Positions 22,130 to 32,000 of a stretch of DNA of 32,000 bases are shown piece after piece; within the stretch, counting starts at the first letter, position 1, and each line of letters opens with the position of its first letter. Source of the DNA: Pseudomonadota bacterium (GTDB lineage: Bacteria > Pseudomonadota > Gammaproteobacteria > Halothiobacillales > Halothiobacillaceae); contig JBFLVP010000022.1 of assembly GCA_040758395.1 (NCBI GenBank), positions 24,968-56,967 of the forward strand, read 5' to 3'. The notes under the pieces are model-generated. The model saw nothing but the letters and a program-made list of their open reading frames with translations. It did no database searches and had not been told where the DNA came from. The translations under genes were made by a program, and so were the position numbers.

Positions 22130-24844
22130 GTGACGTCTGCCACACGAACAGCCACGTCACAAGAGGGAACGAGCTGGCATGCGCTGACAACCACAGAGGT
22201 TCTTGATCAGCTTGGCACCTCCGATGCCAACGGACTTGCGCACGAAGTAGTCCGAGAGCGACTGGAACAGACCGGCCCCAACCGCCTCCCCTCGGCGCCA
22301 CGGCGTGGCGCCCTGACGCGCCTGCTTCTCCAGTTTCACAATCCTCTGATCTACGTCCTGCTCGCAGCGGGACTGGTCACCATTGCCCTCCAGCATTACA
22401 CGGACGCGAGCGTGATTCTCGCTGTCGTCATCATCAATGCCATCATCGGCTTCATTCAGGAAGGCAAGGCCGAAGAGGCGCTTGAAGCGGTGCGCAACAT
22501 GCTTGCAAGCCGCGCCACCGTGGTGCGCGAGGGCGAACGACTTGAGATCGATGCCACCGAACTGGTCCCCGGGGATATCGTGCTGCTTGAATCGGGAGGG
22601 CGTGTACCAGCCGACCTTAGGCTGTTGAAGGTCAAGAACCTCCGCCTGAACGAAGCCCCACTCACTGGGGAATCCGTCCCGGTCGAGAAGTCGACCGAAC
22701 CGCTCGAGCCCACCGCCGCTGTCGGTGATCGCACCAACATAGCCCACTCAGGCTGTGTGGTGACCTATGGCCAGGCCACAGGCGTGGTGGTCGCCACCGG
22801 AACCGCCACCGAGATCGGCCGCATCGGCACACTGGTTGCGGGGGTAGAAAGCCTCGCTACCCCACTCGCACGCCGGCTCGACCAGTTCGCCCGTCAGATC
22901 ACCCTGTTCATCCTGATGCTCGGCGTCCTGACCTTCCTTTATGGTCATTTCGTCAGCGACATGCCGATGCTCGAGATCTTCCTCGCAGTCGTCGGGCTCG
23001 CGGTCGCGGCCATCCCGGAAGGCCTGCCTGCCATCGTCACCATTACCCTCGCGATCGGCACCCGCATCATGGCCCAGCATCGGGCCCTGGTCCGGCGACT
23101 GCCGGCCGTGGAAAGCCTCGGCTCCATCACGGTGATCTGCACGGACAAGACCGGCACCCTGACTCGCAACGAGATGACCGTCGTCACCCTCATGCTGCCC
23201 GAAGCGGACATCAAGGTCAGCGGCGTCGGTTATGCCCCCGAGGGTGGATTCCATGAAGGCCAGACATCCCTGTCACCCGGTGCTTCCTCGGCGCTCATGG
23301 CCTTGGCGCGTTGCAGTCTCCTGTGCAATGACGCCCGCCTTTATCACCCCCCTGAAGATGGATGGATCCTCAGCGGCGACCCTACCGAGGGCGCCCTCCT
23401 CACCTTCGCGCTCAAGGCGGGTCTGGATCCGGACGATGAGCGAGCCAATGCCCCGCGCAGGGATGAGATCCCGTTCGAGTCGGACCGCCGTTTCATGGCC
23501 ACCCTGCATCACGACCATGAAGGGCATGCTTTCATCCTGCTCAAGGGTGCGCCGGAGAAGGTGCTCCAGATGTGTACCGAGGACACTTCCGGCCAAGGGC
23601 TTGATCACACACGCTGGGAGCAGCGCGTTGAGGATGCCGCGCGGCAGGGCCAGCGCGTGCTCGCCCTGGCGCGCTGCGATGCGCCGCCCTCGAGCTCAGC
23701 CCTGAACATGGATGAGATGCGGCCATGTTTCACCCTCCTGGGGCTCGTCGGCATGATCGACCCGGCACGGCCAGAAGCGATCGAAGCTGTCGCGGAATGC
23801 AAGCGAGCGGGTATCCGTGTACTCATGATCACGGGTGATCATGTCAGCACCGCCGCCGCGATCGGCAGGACCCTCAAGCTAAACGCGGGATACCCTCTCT
23901 CCGGCGACGAAATCGACGCATTGGACGACACCGAGCTTGCTCGCCGCCTGCAGGATACGGAGGTGGTCGCGCGGGCAAGCCCCGAACACAAATTGCGCTT
24001 GGTGGCCGCGCTACAGGCCCAGGGCGAACTCGTCGCCATGACCGGTGATGGGGTCAACGACGCACCCGCGTTGAAGGCTGCCGATATCGGCGTCGCGATG
24101 GGCTTGCGCGGAACGGATGCAGCGCGTGAAGCCTCCGCCCTGGTCCTGACCGACGACAACTTCGCCACCATCACCCGCGCCGTGCGCGAGGGGCGCACGG
24201 TCTTCGACAACATCAAGAAATCGCTCCTGTTCATCCTCCCCACGAATGGCGGGGAAGCCGGCGTCATCCTGCTCGCCATCTTCGCGGGGCTGGCGTTGCC
24301 CATCACCGCGGGGCAGATCCTCTGGATCAACATGGTGACCACGATCACCCTCGCCCTCGCCCTCGCCTTCGAACCGGCCGAGGGCGGGGTCATGCAGCGC
24401 CCGCCGCGCCCCCCCAGCGAACCCATCGTCACCCGCCTGCTTCTGACACGAATCATCTACGTCAGCATCCTGATGATTGGCGTGACCTTCATCGTCTACG
24501 AATGGGAACTGGCGCGCGGAAGCAGCATCGAGACCGCACGGACCGCGGTGGTCAACATGCTCGTCATGGGGGAGCTGGTCTACCTGTTCAACGCACGCCG
24601 CTTCACCTCCAGCGGCCTGACCGGAGAAACGCTCTACGGCAATCCGGTCGCCTTCTGGAGCGCCGTGATTCTCATCGCCCTGCAGCTGCTCTTCACCTAT
24701 ACCCCTCCGATGCAGCATCTCTTCCAGACCACGGCGCTGGATGCTGCTTCCTGGACTCTGATCATTGCTCTTTCCACCGCCAAGTTCCTGGCCGTGGAGG
24801 CGGAGAAAGGTCTGCTCCGTCACCTGGGCATCCGACGCATGTAG
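22130..24844 (+). CDS. Cation-translocating P-type ATPase (P2-type, Ca2+/Mg2+-ATPase-like)
   Basis: 904 aa. Motifs: TGES (LTGESVPV), the phosphorylation site ICTDKTGTLT, MITGDH and TGDGVNDAPALKAADIG, with 10 TM segments. The GTG start has GGGAGGAG 7 nt upstream. Confidence 0.92.
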   Translation: MTSATRTATSQEGTSWHALTTTEVLDQLGTSDANGLAHEVVRERLEQTGPNRLPSAPRRGALTRLLLQFHNPLIYVLLAAGLVTIALQHYTDASVILAVVIINAIIGFIQEGKAEEALEAVRNMLASRATVVREGERLEIDATELVPGDIVLLESGGRVPADLRLLKVKNLRLNEAPLTGESVPVEKSTEPLEPTAAVGDRTNIAHSGCVVTYGQATGVVVATGTATEIGRIGTLVAGVESLATPLARRLDQFARQITLFILMLGVLTFLYGHFVSDMPMLEIFLAVVGLAVAAIPEGLPAIVTITLAIGTRIMAQHRALVRRLPAVESLGSITVICTDKTGTLTRNEMTVVTLMLPEADIKVSGVGYAPEGGFHEGQTSLSPGASSALMALARCSLLCNDARLYHPPEDGWILSGDPTEGALLTFALKAGLDPDDERANAPRRDEIPFESDRRFMATLHHDHEGHAFILLKGAPEKVLQMCTEDTSGQGLDHTRWEQRVEDAARQGQRVLALARCDAPPSSSALNMDEMRPCFTLLGLVGMIDPARPEAIEAVAECKRAGIRVLMITGDHVSTAAAIGRTLKLNAGYPLSGDEIDALDDTELARRLQDTEVVARASPEHKLRLVAALQAQGELVAMTGDGVNDAPALKAADIGVAMGLRGTDAAREASALVLTDDNFATITRAVREGRTVFDNIKKSLLFILPTNGGEAGVILLAIFAGLALPITAGQILWINMVTTITLALALAFEPAEGGVMQRPPRPPSEPIVTRLLLTRIIYVSILMIGVTFIVYEWELARGSSIETARTAVVNMLVMGELVYLFNARRFTSSGLTGETLYGNPVAFWSAVILIALQLLFTYTPPMQHLFQTTALDAASWTLIIALSTAKFLAVEAEKGLLRHLGIRRM

Positions 24845-24901
24845 CCGCGCGATGTCCGGGCAGCGGTCCGCACTTCATCCGGACACCTTACACGGGGGGC
24901 G

Positions 24902-26569
24902 ATGAACATGGCGCACCCCTTTGCCGAACTTGCGCTGCTGCTCGTCATCACCGCCACGGTGGGGGCCATGGCGCTCCGGTTGCGCCAGCCCCTGCTGATT
25001 GCGTACATCATCGTTGGGATCGCCGTGGGACCCGCGGGATTTGAGCTGGTCCGGGCACATGACGAGATCGACCTGCTTGCCCAGGTGGGCGTCGCTGTCC
25101 TGCTCTTTCTTGTAGGCCTCAAGCTCGACCTTCAACATGTCCGTCACATCGGCCCCGTGGCGCTCGCCACCGGCCTGGGCCAGCTGACCTTCACCATTTT
25201 GTTCGGTTTCATGCTTGTGATGCTGCTCGGAAAGGATTGGGTGACGGCTCTTTACGTCGCGGTCGCGCTGACCTTTTCCAGCACCATCATCATCATCAAG
25301 CTGTTGTCCGACAAACGCGAGCTTGACTCCCTGCATGGTCGGATCGCGGTCGGCTTCCTCATCGTCCAGGACATCGCCGTGGTCCTTGCCATGCTGGTCA
25401 TGAGCGCCATGCGTGAATACGGCGCAGATGGGGCTAATGGGGCACTCACGATTGCAGCTGCGTTGCTTGGGCGGGTGGGCATCGCGGCGCTTCTCCTGTT
25501 CCTGGCCATGCGCTACCTGCTGCCCTCGCTGGTGAGGATCATGGCCCGCTCACAGGAACTGCTCCTGATCTTCGCGATCGCCTGGGGCACGGGACTGGCC
25601 GCGCTGGGTGAATGGGCGGGGTTCTCCAAGGAGGCAGGTGCCTTTCTCGCCGGCTTCTCGCTTGCCTCAACCCCCTACCGGGATGCGATGAGCGCGCGCC
25701 TGAGCGGGCTGCGCGACTTCCTGCTGCTGTTCTTTTTCATTGATCTTGGCGCCATGCTCGACTTCTCGACCCTGGACGCCGAACTTGGCACGGCCCTGGT
25801 GCTGGCCATCTTTGTCCTCATCGGAAATCCGCTCATCGTCATGACCATCATGGGCTTCATGGGTTACCGCAGACGCACCAGTTTTCTTGCCGGCCTGACC
25901 GTGGCACAGATCAGCGAGTTTTCCATCGTCTTCATCGCCATGGGCATCACGCTGGGACATGTCGGCCAGGACGCGCTCGGTCTGACCACGATGGTGGGCA
26001 TCGTCACCATCACCCTGTCCACTTACATGATCCTGCACTCGCAGATGCTGTTTGAACAGATCGCCCCCTGGCTCGGGCTCTTCGAACGCCGAGCCCCCCT
26101 GCGGGAAGACAGGGTCATGCGGCAGACCGAAGCGGATGGCGAACCAGAGGTTGTCATTTTCGGTCTCGGGCGTTATGGAAAACGCATGCTGCTTCAGCTG
26201 CACTCTCATGGCATACGCGTCATGGGAGTGGATTTTGATCCCGAGACCGTGGATGAACTGCGCAAACGCGCCTTGCCCGCGCGCTTTGGTGACGCGGAGG
26301 ACCCCGCGTTCATCGAGTCATTGCCCTTGCGCGGGGCAAGTTGGGTGGTCACGACCCTGCCGGATCGAGCCGTGAACCACGCCCTCCTGAGCTCCCTCAA
26401 GTCGGTGGGCTACGATGGACGAATCGCGGGCGTGGTCAGCGATGACATTCAGGCGAGTACGCTGCGCGAAGCTGGTGCGGAGCGGGTCATCAACCCGTTC
26501 AACGACGCTGCCGATCATGCCGCCGAAGCCCTTGCACGGACAATCCGATCAGAGGAGAACAAGCCATGA
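24902..26569 (+). CDS. Monovalent cation:proton antiporter-2 (CPA2, Kef-type) with a C-terminal RCK/TrkA-N domain
   Basis: 555 aa. The N-terminal part is a Na_H_exchanger-type membrane domain. The C-terminal part is a Rossmann-type domain with VVIFGLGRYGKRM. Confidence 0.9.
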   Translation: MNMAHPFAELALLLVITATVGAMALRLRQPLLIAYIIVGIAVGPAGFELVRAHDEIDLLAQVGVAVLLFLVGLKLDLQHVRHIGPVALATGLGQLTFTILFGFMLVMLLGKDWVTALYVAVALTFSSTIIIIKLLSDKRELDSLHGRIAVGFLIVQDIAVVLAMLVMSAMREYGADGANGALTIAAALLGRVGIAALLLFLAMRYLLPSLVRIMARSQELLLIFAIAWGTGLAALGEWAGFSKEAGAFLAGFSLASTPYRDAMSARLSGLRDFLLLFFFIDLGAMLDFSTLDAELGTALVLAIFVLIGNPLIVMTIMGFMGYRRRTSFLAGLTVAQISEFSIVFIAMGITLGHVGQDALGLTTMVGIVTITLSTYMILHSQMLFEQIAPWLGLFERRAPLREDRVMRQTEADGEPEVVIFGLGRYGKRMLLQLHSHGIRVMGVDFDPETVDELRKRALPARFGDAEDPAFIESLPLRGASWVVTTLPDRAVNHALLSSLKSVGYDGRIAGVVSDDIQASTLREAGAERVINPFNDAADHAAEALARTIRSEENKP

Positions 26570-27450
26570 CCCAACTGCGCAACCTGCTCGCGGCCAGTGA
26601 TCTTTCCGCCCCATCACGTCACGCCTTGGCCAGGGCGGCCATGATCGCGCGTGACAGCGGTGCGAACCTGCGCTTGCTCCATGTCCTGCGTGCCGGCTTG
26701 CCCGAGCCTCTGCAACGCCTGCTGGGGTCGGACGCTGATAGTGTGCTTGCCAGAGTGCGAGATACGACCTTCCAGGAATTGGGACAGCTGGCAAGCGACG
26801 TCTGCGAGCCATTGAGTGTCGCGCCAAGCCTCCGCATCACGACGGGGCCAGTGATCCATGACATTGCCACCGAGGCCGATGCCCATGACGCCGACCTCGT
26901 GGTTCTTGGCGCCCGCGGGATGGGCTTCATGCGGCACCTGCTATTGGGCTCCATCGCCGAACGCATGCTACGCAAGACGCTACGGCCTGTGCTGGTGGTC
27001 AAGCAGTTACCGCATGAGCGCTACCAGCGAGTGCTGGTTCCAGTGGACTTCTCCACTTACTCCCCTCTCGCCGTGAAGATGGCCCGCGCGGTCGCCCCCC
27101 GGGCGGAAATCATCCTCCTCCATGCTTTCGACAACTCACAGGAAGGTACGCTGCGTTATGCGGGGGTAGACGAATCGGTGATCCACCAATATCTGACGGA
27201 AGCACGAAGGGCGGCAATGGAGGAGCTGCGGCGCCTGGCGCTCGACACGGGGCTGGATTCGGAACGTCTGCAGCTTCAGGCGATCAACGGCCACCCCTCC
27301 ACCTGCATCCTTGAACAGGAGGAGGAGAAGGATGTCGACCTGATCGTCATCGGCAAACACGGCAGGGGGGTGAGCGAGGAGCTGTTGCTGGGCAGCGTGA
27401 GCAAGCATGTGCTTGCTGGAGCCCGGGGCGACGTGCTCGTCGTCCGCTAG
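26566..27450 (+). CDS. Universal stress protein, tandem Usp domains (UspE-like)
   Basis: 294 aa with two Usp repeats. Each ends in a G-x2-G-x9-G(S/T)-type ATP-binding motif (LGARGMGFMRHLLLGSIAERM and IGKHGRGVSEELLLGSVSKHV). The ATG overlaps the upstream stop (ATGA). Confidence 0.9.
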   Translation: MTQLRNLLAASDLSAPSRHALARAAMIARDSGANLRLLHVLRAGLPEPLQRLLGSDADSVLARVRDTTFQELGQLASDVCEPLSVAPSLRITTGPVIHDIATEADAHDADLVVLGARGMGFMRHLLLGSIAERMLRKTLRPVLVVKQLPHERYQRVLVPVDFSTYSPLAVKMARAVAPRAEIILLHAFDNSQEGTLRYAGVDESVIHQYLTEARRAAMEELRRLALDTGLDSERLQLQAINGHPSTCILEQEEEKDVDLIVIGKHGRGVSEELLLGSVSKHVLAGARGDVLVVR

Positions 27451-27468
27451 GGAGGCACGCCGGGCTTT

Positions 27469-28854
27469 TCAGCCTTCGCGCCGCCAGCGGGTACCATCCG
27501 CGCTGTCCTCCAGCACGATGCCCAGCCTCGAAAGCTCTTGGCGAATGGCGTCGGCGCGTGCGAAATCGCGCGCGGCACGGGCATCAAGGCGTTGTTGTAT
27601 GAGCGCTTCGATGGCCGCGTTATCCAGCCCTTCCCCGGATGCGGCACCGCCCTGGAGCCAGGCCTCGGCATCAGCCTGCAACAGGCCGAGTACCCCGCCA
27701 AGACGCTTGAGCGTGGCGGCTGCGCGATCACGCTCATCTCCGTCGCGCTTGTGGATCTCGCCCGCGAGTTCGAACAATACGGCCATGGCTTCCGGGGTGT
27801 TGAAATCATCATCCATCGCTGCGTGGAAGCGAGCGGCATGGTCCTCCAGCACAGCCAGGTCGGCCTTTACCTCGCCTGCATCGCGCAGCGCGGTATACAA
27901 GCGGGTCAGCGCACTGCGCGCGGTCTTGAGCTGCTCGTCACCATAGTTCAGCGGGCTACGGTAATGGCTGTTGAGGATGAAGAAACGGATCTCCTCGCCG
28001 CGGAAGTCCTTCATCACCTCGCGCACGGTGAAGAAGTTGTTCAGCGACTTCGACATCTTCTCCTCGTTGATGCGCACGAAGCCGTTGTGCATCCAGTAGT
28101 TGACGTAATGGCACCCGGTCGCCGCCTCGCTCTGAGCGATCTCGTTCTCGTGGTGGGGAAACTGCAGGTCCATGCCGCCGCCGTGAATGTCGAAACTATG
28201 CCCCAGGCAGGTGGTGGACATGGCCGAGCATTCGATATGCCAGCCCGGACGGCCTGGCCCCCAGGGCGATTCCCATGCAGGCTCGTCCGGCTTGGCCGCC
28301 TTCCAGAGCACGAAATCGAGCGGGTCATCCTTGGCCTCGCCAATCTCGACTCGCGCCCCGGCACGCAGGTCATCAGGATTCTTGCCCGACAAGCGGCCGT
28401 ATCCATCGAATTTGCTGACGTCGTAGTACACATCGCCATTGTCGGCGCGGTAGGCAAAACCCTTCTCGATCAATGCGCCGATCATCGACAACATCTCGGG
28501 GATGGAGCCGGTGGCGCGTGGCTCGTGGTCGGGGCGAAGGCAGCCGAGGGCATCAGCGTCCTCGTGCATGGCGTCGATGAAGCGCTGGGTCAGGGTGTCG
28601 ATGCCCTCGCCGTTCTCGGCCGCTCGCTTGATGATCTTGTCGTCGATGTCTGTGATGTTGCGTACATAGGTGACATCGAAGCCCAGGTGCTTCAGATAGC
28701 GATAGACCACATCGAACACTACCATGACCCGCGCATGCCCCAGGTGACAGAAATCGTAGACCGTCATCCCGCAGACGTACATGCGTACCTTGCCTGCTTC
28801 GATGGGTTTGAATTCCTGCTTTGCGCGAGTTTCGGTGTTGTAGATGTGGAGCAT
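27469..28854 (-). CDS. cysS: Cysteine--tRNA ligase
   Basis: Start set at ATG 28854 ([10 protein letters not shown]...). It has the class I HIGH motif (CHLGHARV) and KMSKS. The ORF-track 5' extension to 28905 is unlikely. Confidence 0.95.
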   Translation of the reverse strand: MLHIYNTETRAKQEFKPIEAGKVRMYVCGMTVYDFCHLGHARVMVVFDVVYRYLKHLGFDVTYVRNITDIDDKIIKRAAENGEGIDTLTQRFIDAMHEDADALGCLRPDHEPRATGSIPEMLSMIGALIEKGFAYRADNGDVYYDVSKFDGYGRLSGKNPDDLRAGARVEIGEAKDDPLDFVLWKAAKPDEPAWESPWGPGRPGWHIECSAMSTTCLGHSFDIHGGGMDLQFPHHENEIAQSEAATGCHYVNYWMHNGFVRINEEKMSKSLNNFFTVREVMKDFRGEEIRFFILNSHYRSPLNYGDEQLKTARSALTRLYTALRDAGEVKADLAVLEDHAARFHAAMDDDFNTPEAMAVLFELAGEIHKRDGDERDRAAATLKRLGGVLGLLQADAEAWLQGGAASGEGLDNAAIEALIQQRLDARAARDFARADAIRQELSRLGIVLEDSADGTRWRREG

Positions 28855-28996
28855 GGCTATCCGTGATGAAACAAAGAAAAAGGCCACACCTTGCGGCATG
28901 GCCATTTCATTTTAACAGTACTGTCAAGGCACGTTCTGGTCTGGACAGCATAAGACCGTGAGCGACACGTAAAGGCCGCTCAGGTCTGCGAAGTCA

Positions 28997-29012
28997 CCCC
29001 GCAAAAGCGGGG
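28997..29012 (-). terminator. Hairpin downstream of the RNA-binding protein gene
   Basis: On the minus strand: CCCCGC-TTTT-GCGGGG, 10 nt after the stop. No U-tract follows, so intrinsic terminator function is uncertain. Confidence 0.35.
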
Positions 29013-29022
29013 GGAATCCGGA

Positions 29023-29331
29023 TCAGAAGCGACGCGGACGCGGAGCGAAGCCGCCTTCGCGGCCACCGCCGGTGCGCGGACGCTCTTCGCGAGGACGGGC
29101 TTCGTTCACGCGCAGGGCACGACCGTCCAGCTCCTGGCCGTCAAGGGCCTTGATGGCAGCGAGGCCAGCTTCACGGTTCGGCATTTCAACAAAGCCGAAA
29201 CCCTTGGAACGGCCGGTTTCACGATCCATCACCACCTTGGCGGAAGCGATTTCACCGTGGCCTTCGAAAGCCTGGCGGAGGGCTTCGTCATCGGTGCGGA
29301 AGGACAGGTTGCCCACGTAAATGTTGATCAT
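29023..29331 (-). CDS. RRM-type RNA-binding protein with a Gly/Arg-rich tail
   Basis: Start set at ATG 29331 (MINIYVGNLSF...). RNP2 is IYVGNL and RNP1 is KGFGFVEM. The C-terminus is RPREERPRTGGGREGGFAPRPRRF. Confidence 0.88.
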   Translation of the reverse strand: MINIYVGNLSFRTDDEALRQAFEGHGEIASAKVVMDRETGRSKGFGFVEMPNREAGLAAIKALDGQELDGRALRVNEARPREERPRTGGGREGGFAPRPRRF

Positions 29332-29573
29332 ACAATCCAGTCTTGAACATGCGTCATGGAAAAACAGCATCAGTTCAACCCACGACGCGGCGAAAAACTG
29401 ACGTAACCCGAAGGTTTCAAACATGCCTGCCGAAGGCGCGTGCATGCGACATTCAGGTCAAGCAAGCCTATCCTAAGCCTTAAATCCGCAAGAGCGAAGC
29501 ATTTTCAACATTTAATTGCACATGCCGGACAAGGTATGATGCTTTTTTCCAACAGTTTTCGAGTGAATTCAGC

Positions 29574-30092
29574 ATGTCCAGCCAGCCGCGCATCAAGATT
29601 TCCACCCGTCTTGGCGACATCGTCGTCGAACTGAATGCCGAAGCCGCCCCGAAAACCGTGGCCAATGTGCTGGCCTATGTGGATGAAGGCTTCTACGACG
29701 GCACCCTGTTCCACCGTGTCATCCCGGGCTTCATGATCCAGGGCGGTGGACTGACCCCGGACATGGCCAACAAGCCGAACCATCCGCCGGTCGAGAACGA
29801 GGCCACCAACGGCCTGCCGAACGTGCGTGGCAGCATCGCCATGGCGCGTACTCCGAACCCACACTCAGCTACCAGCCAGTTCTTCATCAACCTGAAGGAC
29901 AACGCCTTCCTGAACTACACCAGCTCCACCCCGAACGGCTGGGGTTACTGTGTGTTCGGCAAGGTGGTCGAAGGCATGCATGTGGTCGACGCCATCGCCG
30001 CCGAACCGACGGGCATGCGCGCGGGCCACTCCGACGTGCCTCGTGAGGACGTGCTGATCGACAAGGTCGCACGCGTCGAGGCCGAAGGCTGA
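29574..30092 (+). CDS. ppiB: Peptidyl-prolyl cis-trans isomerase B (cytoplasmic cyclophilin)
   Basis: 172 aa. FHRVIPGFMIQGGG ... GSIAMART..PHSATSQFFIN ... GYCVFGKVVEGMHVVD is collinear with E. coli PpiB, and there is no signal peptide. Confidence 0.92.
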   Translation: MSSQPRIKISTRLGDIVVELNAEAAPKTVANVLAYVDEGFYDGTLFHRVIPGFMIQGGGLTPDMANKPNHPPVENEATNGLPNVRGSIAMARTPNPHSATSQFFINLKDNAFLNYTSSTPNGWGYCVFGKVVEGMHVVDAIAAEPTGMRAGHSDVPREDVLIDKVARVEAEG

Positions 30093-30115
30093 AATAGCGA
30101 CTCTGGGCGCCTCCC

Positions 30116-30880
30116 ATGGCGGAGACCCTCATCCTCGCCGACCTTCACCTGCGCGAGCAGGCGCCAGCGGTCACGCGCCGCCTGCTCGCGCTTGAATCCC
30201 GCCTGCTCCAGGCGGACGCAGTCTATATCCTGGGCGACCTGGTGGAGGTGTGGATCGGAGATGATGCGCCGATCCCCGCCGCCATCCAGTCCGTATTCGA
30301 ACTCTTGCTGCGCCTGTCCTCGGCGGGTATCCCACTGTATTTCCAGCACGGCAACCGTGATTTCCTGATCGGCAAGGCCCTGGCACGGCGGCTTGGGATG
30401 CGCCTGCTACCCGACCAGTTCGTGGTTGATCTTTACGGTCATCGCGCTGGACTTGTGCATGGCGACCAACTTTGCACCGATGACCTCCCGTACCAGCGCA
30501 TGCGCCGCAAGCTGCGCAATCCGATCCTTAAATTCATCCTGCGACATCTTCCTTTGCGTACCCGCCAGAAGCTGGCGGCGGACCTGCGCGAACGCAGCCG
30601 GATGGAAACCGGGCAGAAAACGGCCGCCAGCATGGATGTCAATGCAGGGGCGGTCGACGCACTGATGACAAAGCTCGATGTGGATGTGCTGATCCACGGC
30701 CATACTCATCGCCCCGCCATCCATCGCGTAGACCGTGATATCCGCGCCGTACTGGGAGACTGGGAGGATGGCGCGGTCCTGCTCAGCGCCAGCGTGGATG
30801 GATTGCGCCTTGAGCGGATCGAGGATTCAGGAGCGACTCAATTCCTGGCGCTGACGCGCTGGCCGGATCAGGCCATTTAA
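30116..30880 (+). CDS. lpxH: UDP-2,3-diacylglucosamine diphosphatase
   Basis: 254 aa with calcineurin-like metallophosphoesterase motifs in LpxH order: [29 protein letters not shown] and GHTHRP. Confidence 0.9.
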   Translation: MAETLILADLHLREQAPAVTRRLLALESRLLQADAVYILGDLVEVWIGDDAPIPAAIQSVFELLLRLSSAGIPLYFQHGNRDFLIGKALARRLGMRLLPDQFVVDLYGHRAGLVHGDQLCTDDLPYQRMRRKLRNPILKFILRHLPLRTRQKLAADLRERSRMETGQKTAASMDVNAGAVDALMTKLDVDVLIHGHTHRPAIHRVDRDIRAVLGDWEDGAVLLSASVDGLRLERIEDSGATQFLALTRWPDQAI

Positions 30881-31488
30881 CCCATAGCCCGCCGTACCGG
30901 TCCGAAGCTTCGTCGATGCTCGGGACACGGACCATGTTCTGCCAGTGCGGCAAGGTGATCCGCGGTGGGGTAGCCCTTGTGGCGGTCGAAGCCATACTGC
31001 GGATAACGCTCGTGCAGCTCCAGGAGGGTCCGGTCACGCGCCACCTTGGCGAGAATGGAGGCCGCGCTGATACTTGGTTCCAGTGCGTCGCCGCCGACGA
31101 TGGCACGCGCTGGGCAGCTGAATTTCGGTGCTCGATTTCCATCCACAAGCACCTCCGATGGGGCAAGGCTCAGCCCCGCCACCGCGCGCTGCATGGCAAG
31201 CAGGCTCGCCTGCAGGATATTGATCTCGTCGATCTCCCTCGCGCTCGCTTCGGCAATGCACCAGGCCAGCGCGCGCTCCCGAATCTCGACGAACAGCTTT
31301 TCCCTGCGCCGTTCGGTCAGTTTCTTGGAGTCGTTCAGTCCTTCGACGGGCCTTGACGGATCGAGGATGACCGCCGCCGCGAATACAGCCCCGGCCAGTG
31401 GACCGCGCCCGGCCTCATCCACTCCCGCGATCAGCTTGACTGCATCATCCTCGGAAAAGGCAAACAGATCGTACGATTCAGAAGACAT
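30877..31488 (-). CDS. rnhB: Ribonuclease HII
   Basis: Start set at ATG 31488 (MSSESYDLF...). It has [23 protein letters not shown] with the DEAGRG catalytic motif, and DSKKLT. The stop overlaps the lpxH stop in a shared TTAA. Confidence 0.9.
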   Translation of the reverse strand: MSSESYDLFAFSEDDAVKLIAGVDEAGRGPLAGAVFAAAVILDPSRPVEGLNDSKKLTERRREKLFVEIRERALAWCIAEASAREIDEINILQASLLAMQRAVAGLSLAPSEVLVDGNRAPKFSCPARAIVGGDALEPSISAASILAKVARDRTLLELHERYPQYGFDRHKGYPTADHLAALAEHGPCPEHRRSFGPVRRAMG

Positions 31489-31543
31489 GGCAATGTGACC
31501 TATAATCCCGGGCTTCAAGCCCAAAGGCGGCACAGGATAACGA

Positions 31544-32000
31544 ATGTCCACATCTCAATCGAACGGGCTCAAATGCGCGGTGATCGGCACCGGCTATCTC
31601 GGCAAGTTTCACGCGGACAAGTATGCCGCACTGCCAGAGTGCCAACTGACGGCCATCGTCGACGTCAACCCGGAAGCTGCTGCCGCCACCGCTGCCAAAC
31701 ACGGCTGCCAGGGCCTCACCGACTACCGCGCATTGCTCGGCAAGGTTGACGCGGTCAGTATCGCCGTCCCCACCAGCCTGCACTTCGAGGTTGCGCGCGA
31801 CTTCCTCATGGCGGGTACCCACGTGCTGGTGGAAAAACCCGTCACCACCACGGTGGCCGAGGCCGACGAGCTGATCCGTCTGGCACGCGAGAACAACCGC
31901 GTGCTGATGGTCGGCCACCTGGAGCGCTTCAACCCCGCCATCCTCGCCCTCGAAGGCTTGCTGGACCAGCCCCGCTTCATCGAATCGACCCGCCTGGCGC
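31544..32000 (+). CDS. Gfo/Idh/MocA family NAD(P)-dependent oxidoreductase, N-terminal 152 codons (runs off the right edge)
   Basis: Missing from the ORF track because it is truncated. Hand translation: [54 protein letters not shown]...[30 protein letters not shown]. It has a GxGxxG Rossmann motif and the EKP motif. AGGA lies 6 nt upstream of the ATG. Confidence 0.75.
   Translation, partial: MSTSQSNGLKCAVIGTGYLGKFHADKYAALPECQLTAIVDVNPEAAAATAAKHGCQGLTDYRALLGKVDAVSIAVPTSLHFEVARDFLMAGTHVLVEKPVTTTVAEADELIRLARENNRVLMVGHLERFNPAILALEGLLDQPRFIESTRLA

Noticed and set aside
28855-28905. N-terminal extensions suggested by the ORF track: cysS to 28905, rnhB to 31551, the RRM protein to 29445, the helicase to 13666, alpA to 14198, orf167 to 10837, and the cyclase to 8172.
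   Set aside because: The extensions add non-conserved residues ahead of well-known family N-termini. They also overlap neighbouring genes or hairpins, while internal starts have better SD sequences.
30877-30880. The lpxH and rnhB stop codons overlap in a shared TTAA.
   Set aside because: It is real but trivial. This is a common tail-to-tail arrangement in compact genomes, with no further structure around it.
31544-32000. Calling the truncated Gfo/Idh/MocA oxidoreductase next to rnhB/lpxH a lipid A GlcN3N-pathway enzyme (GnnA-like).
   Set aside because: The only support is the genomic neighbourhood. The family is huge and the gene is truncated and divergently oriented. No specific motif supports that assignment.

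Overview
This is a high-GC proteobacterial chromosomal window. Most of it is ordinary core genes: MarC, a SulP permease, a CDF/FieF exporter, a DHH phosphoesterase, greB, mnmC, prmB, psd, a P-type ATPase, a CPA2 antiporter, a tandem Usp, cysS, an RRM RNA-binding protein, ppiB, lpxH and rnhB. There are also two c-di-GMP modules. One is a PilZ protein next to a GGEEF cyclase. The other is a PilZ-like protein next to a FimX-like protein with degenerate GGDEF and EAL domains. The accessory part is a compact island of about 6.4 kb (about 9261-15711) lying directly downstream of ssrA (tmRNA, 15766-16131, minus strand). It carries a P4-type tyrosine integrase, AlpA, a 114-aa ORF, a DUF927-like P-loop helicase and six small ORFs I cannot assign. 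All of these are on the minus strand and many are translationally coupled. I recognise no capsid, terminase, repressor or conjugation genes, so it looks like a minimalist satellite or PICI-like element. The strongest non-gene signal is a 196-bp dyad-symmetric array (11644-11839) of 11 perfect and 1 degenerate TGTCCACC octamers. It sits inside the 3' end of the helicase ORF and differs by one base from the phage P4 type I iteron as I recall it. I read it as the island's replication origin, dual-coded with the initiator's C-terminal tail. Both island ends carry tandem TRCCGTCA motifs that are probably integrase arm sites, and one inverted copy overlaps the int start codon. The exact att core is unresolved. 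All family assignments come from motif recognition by eye; no searches were run.
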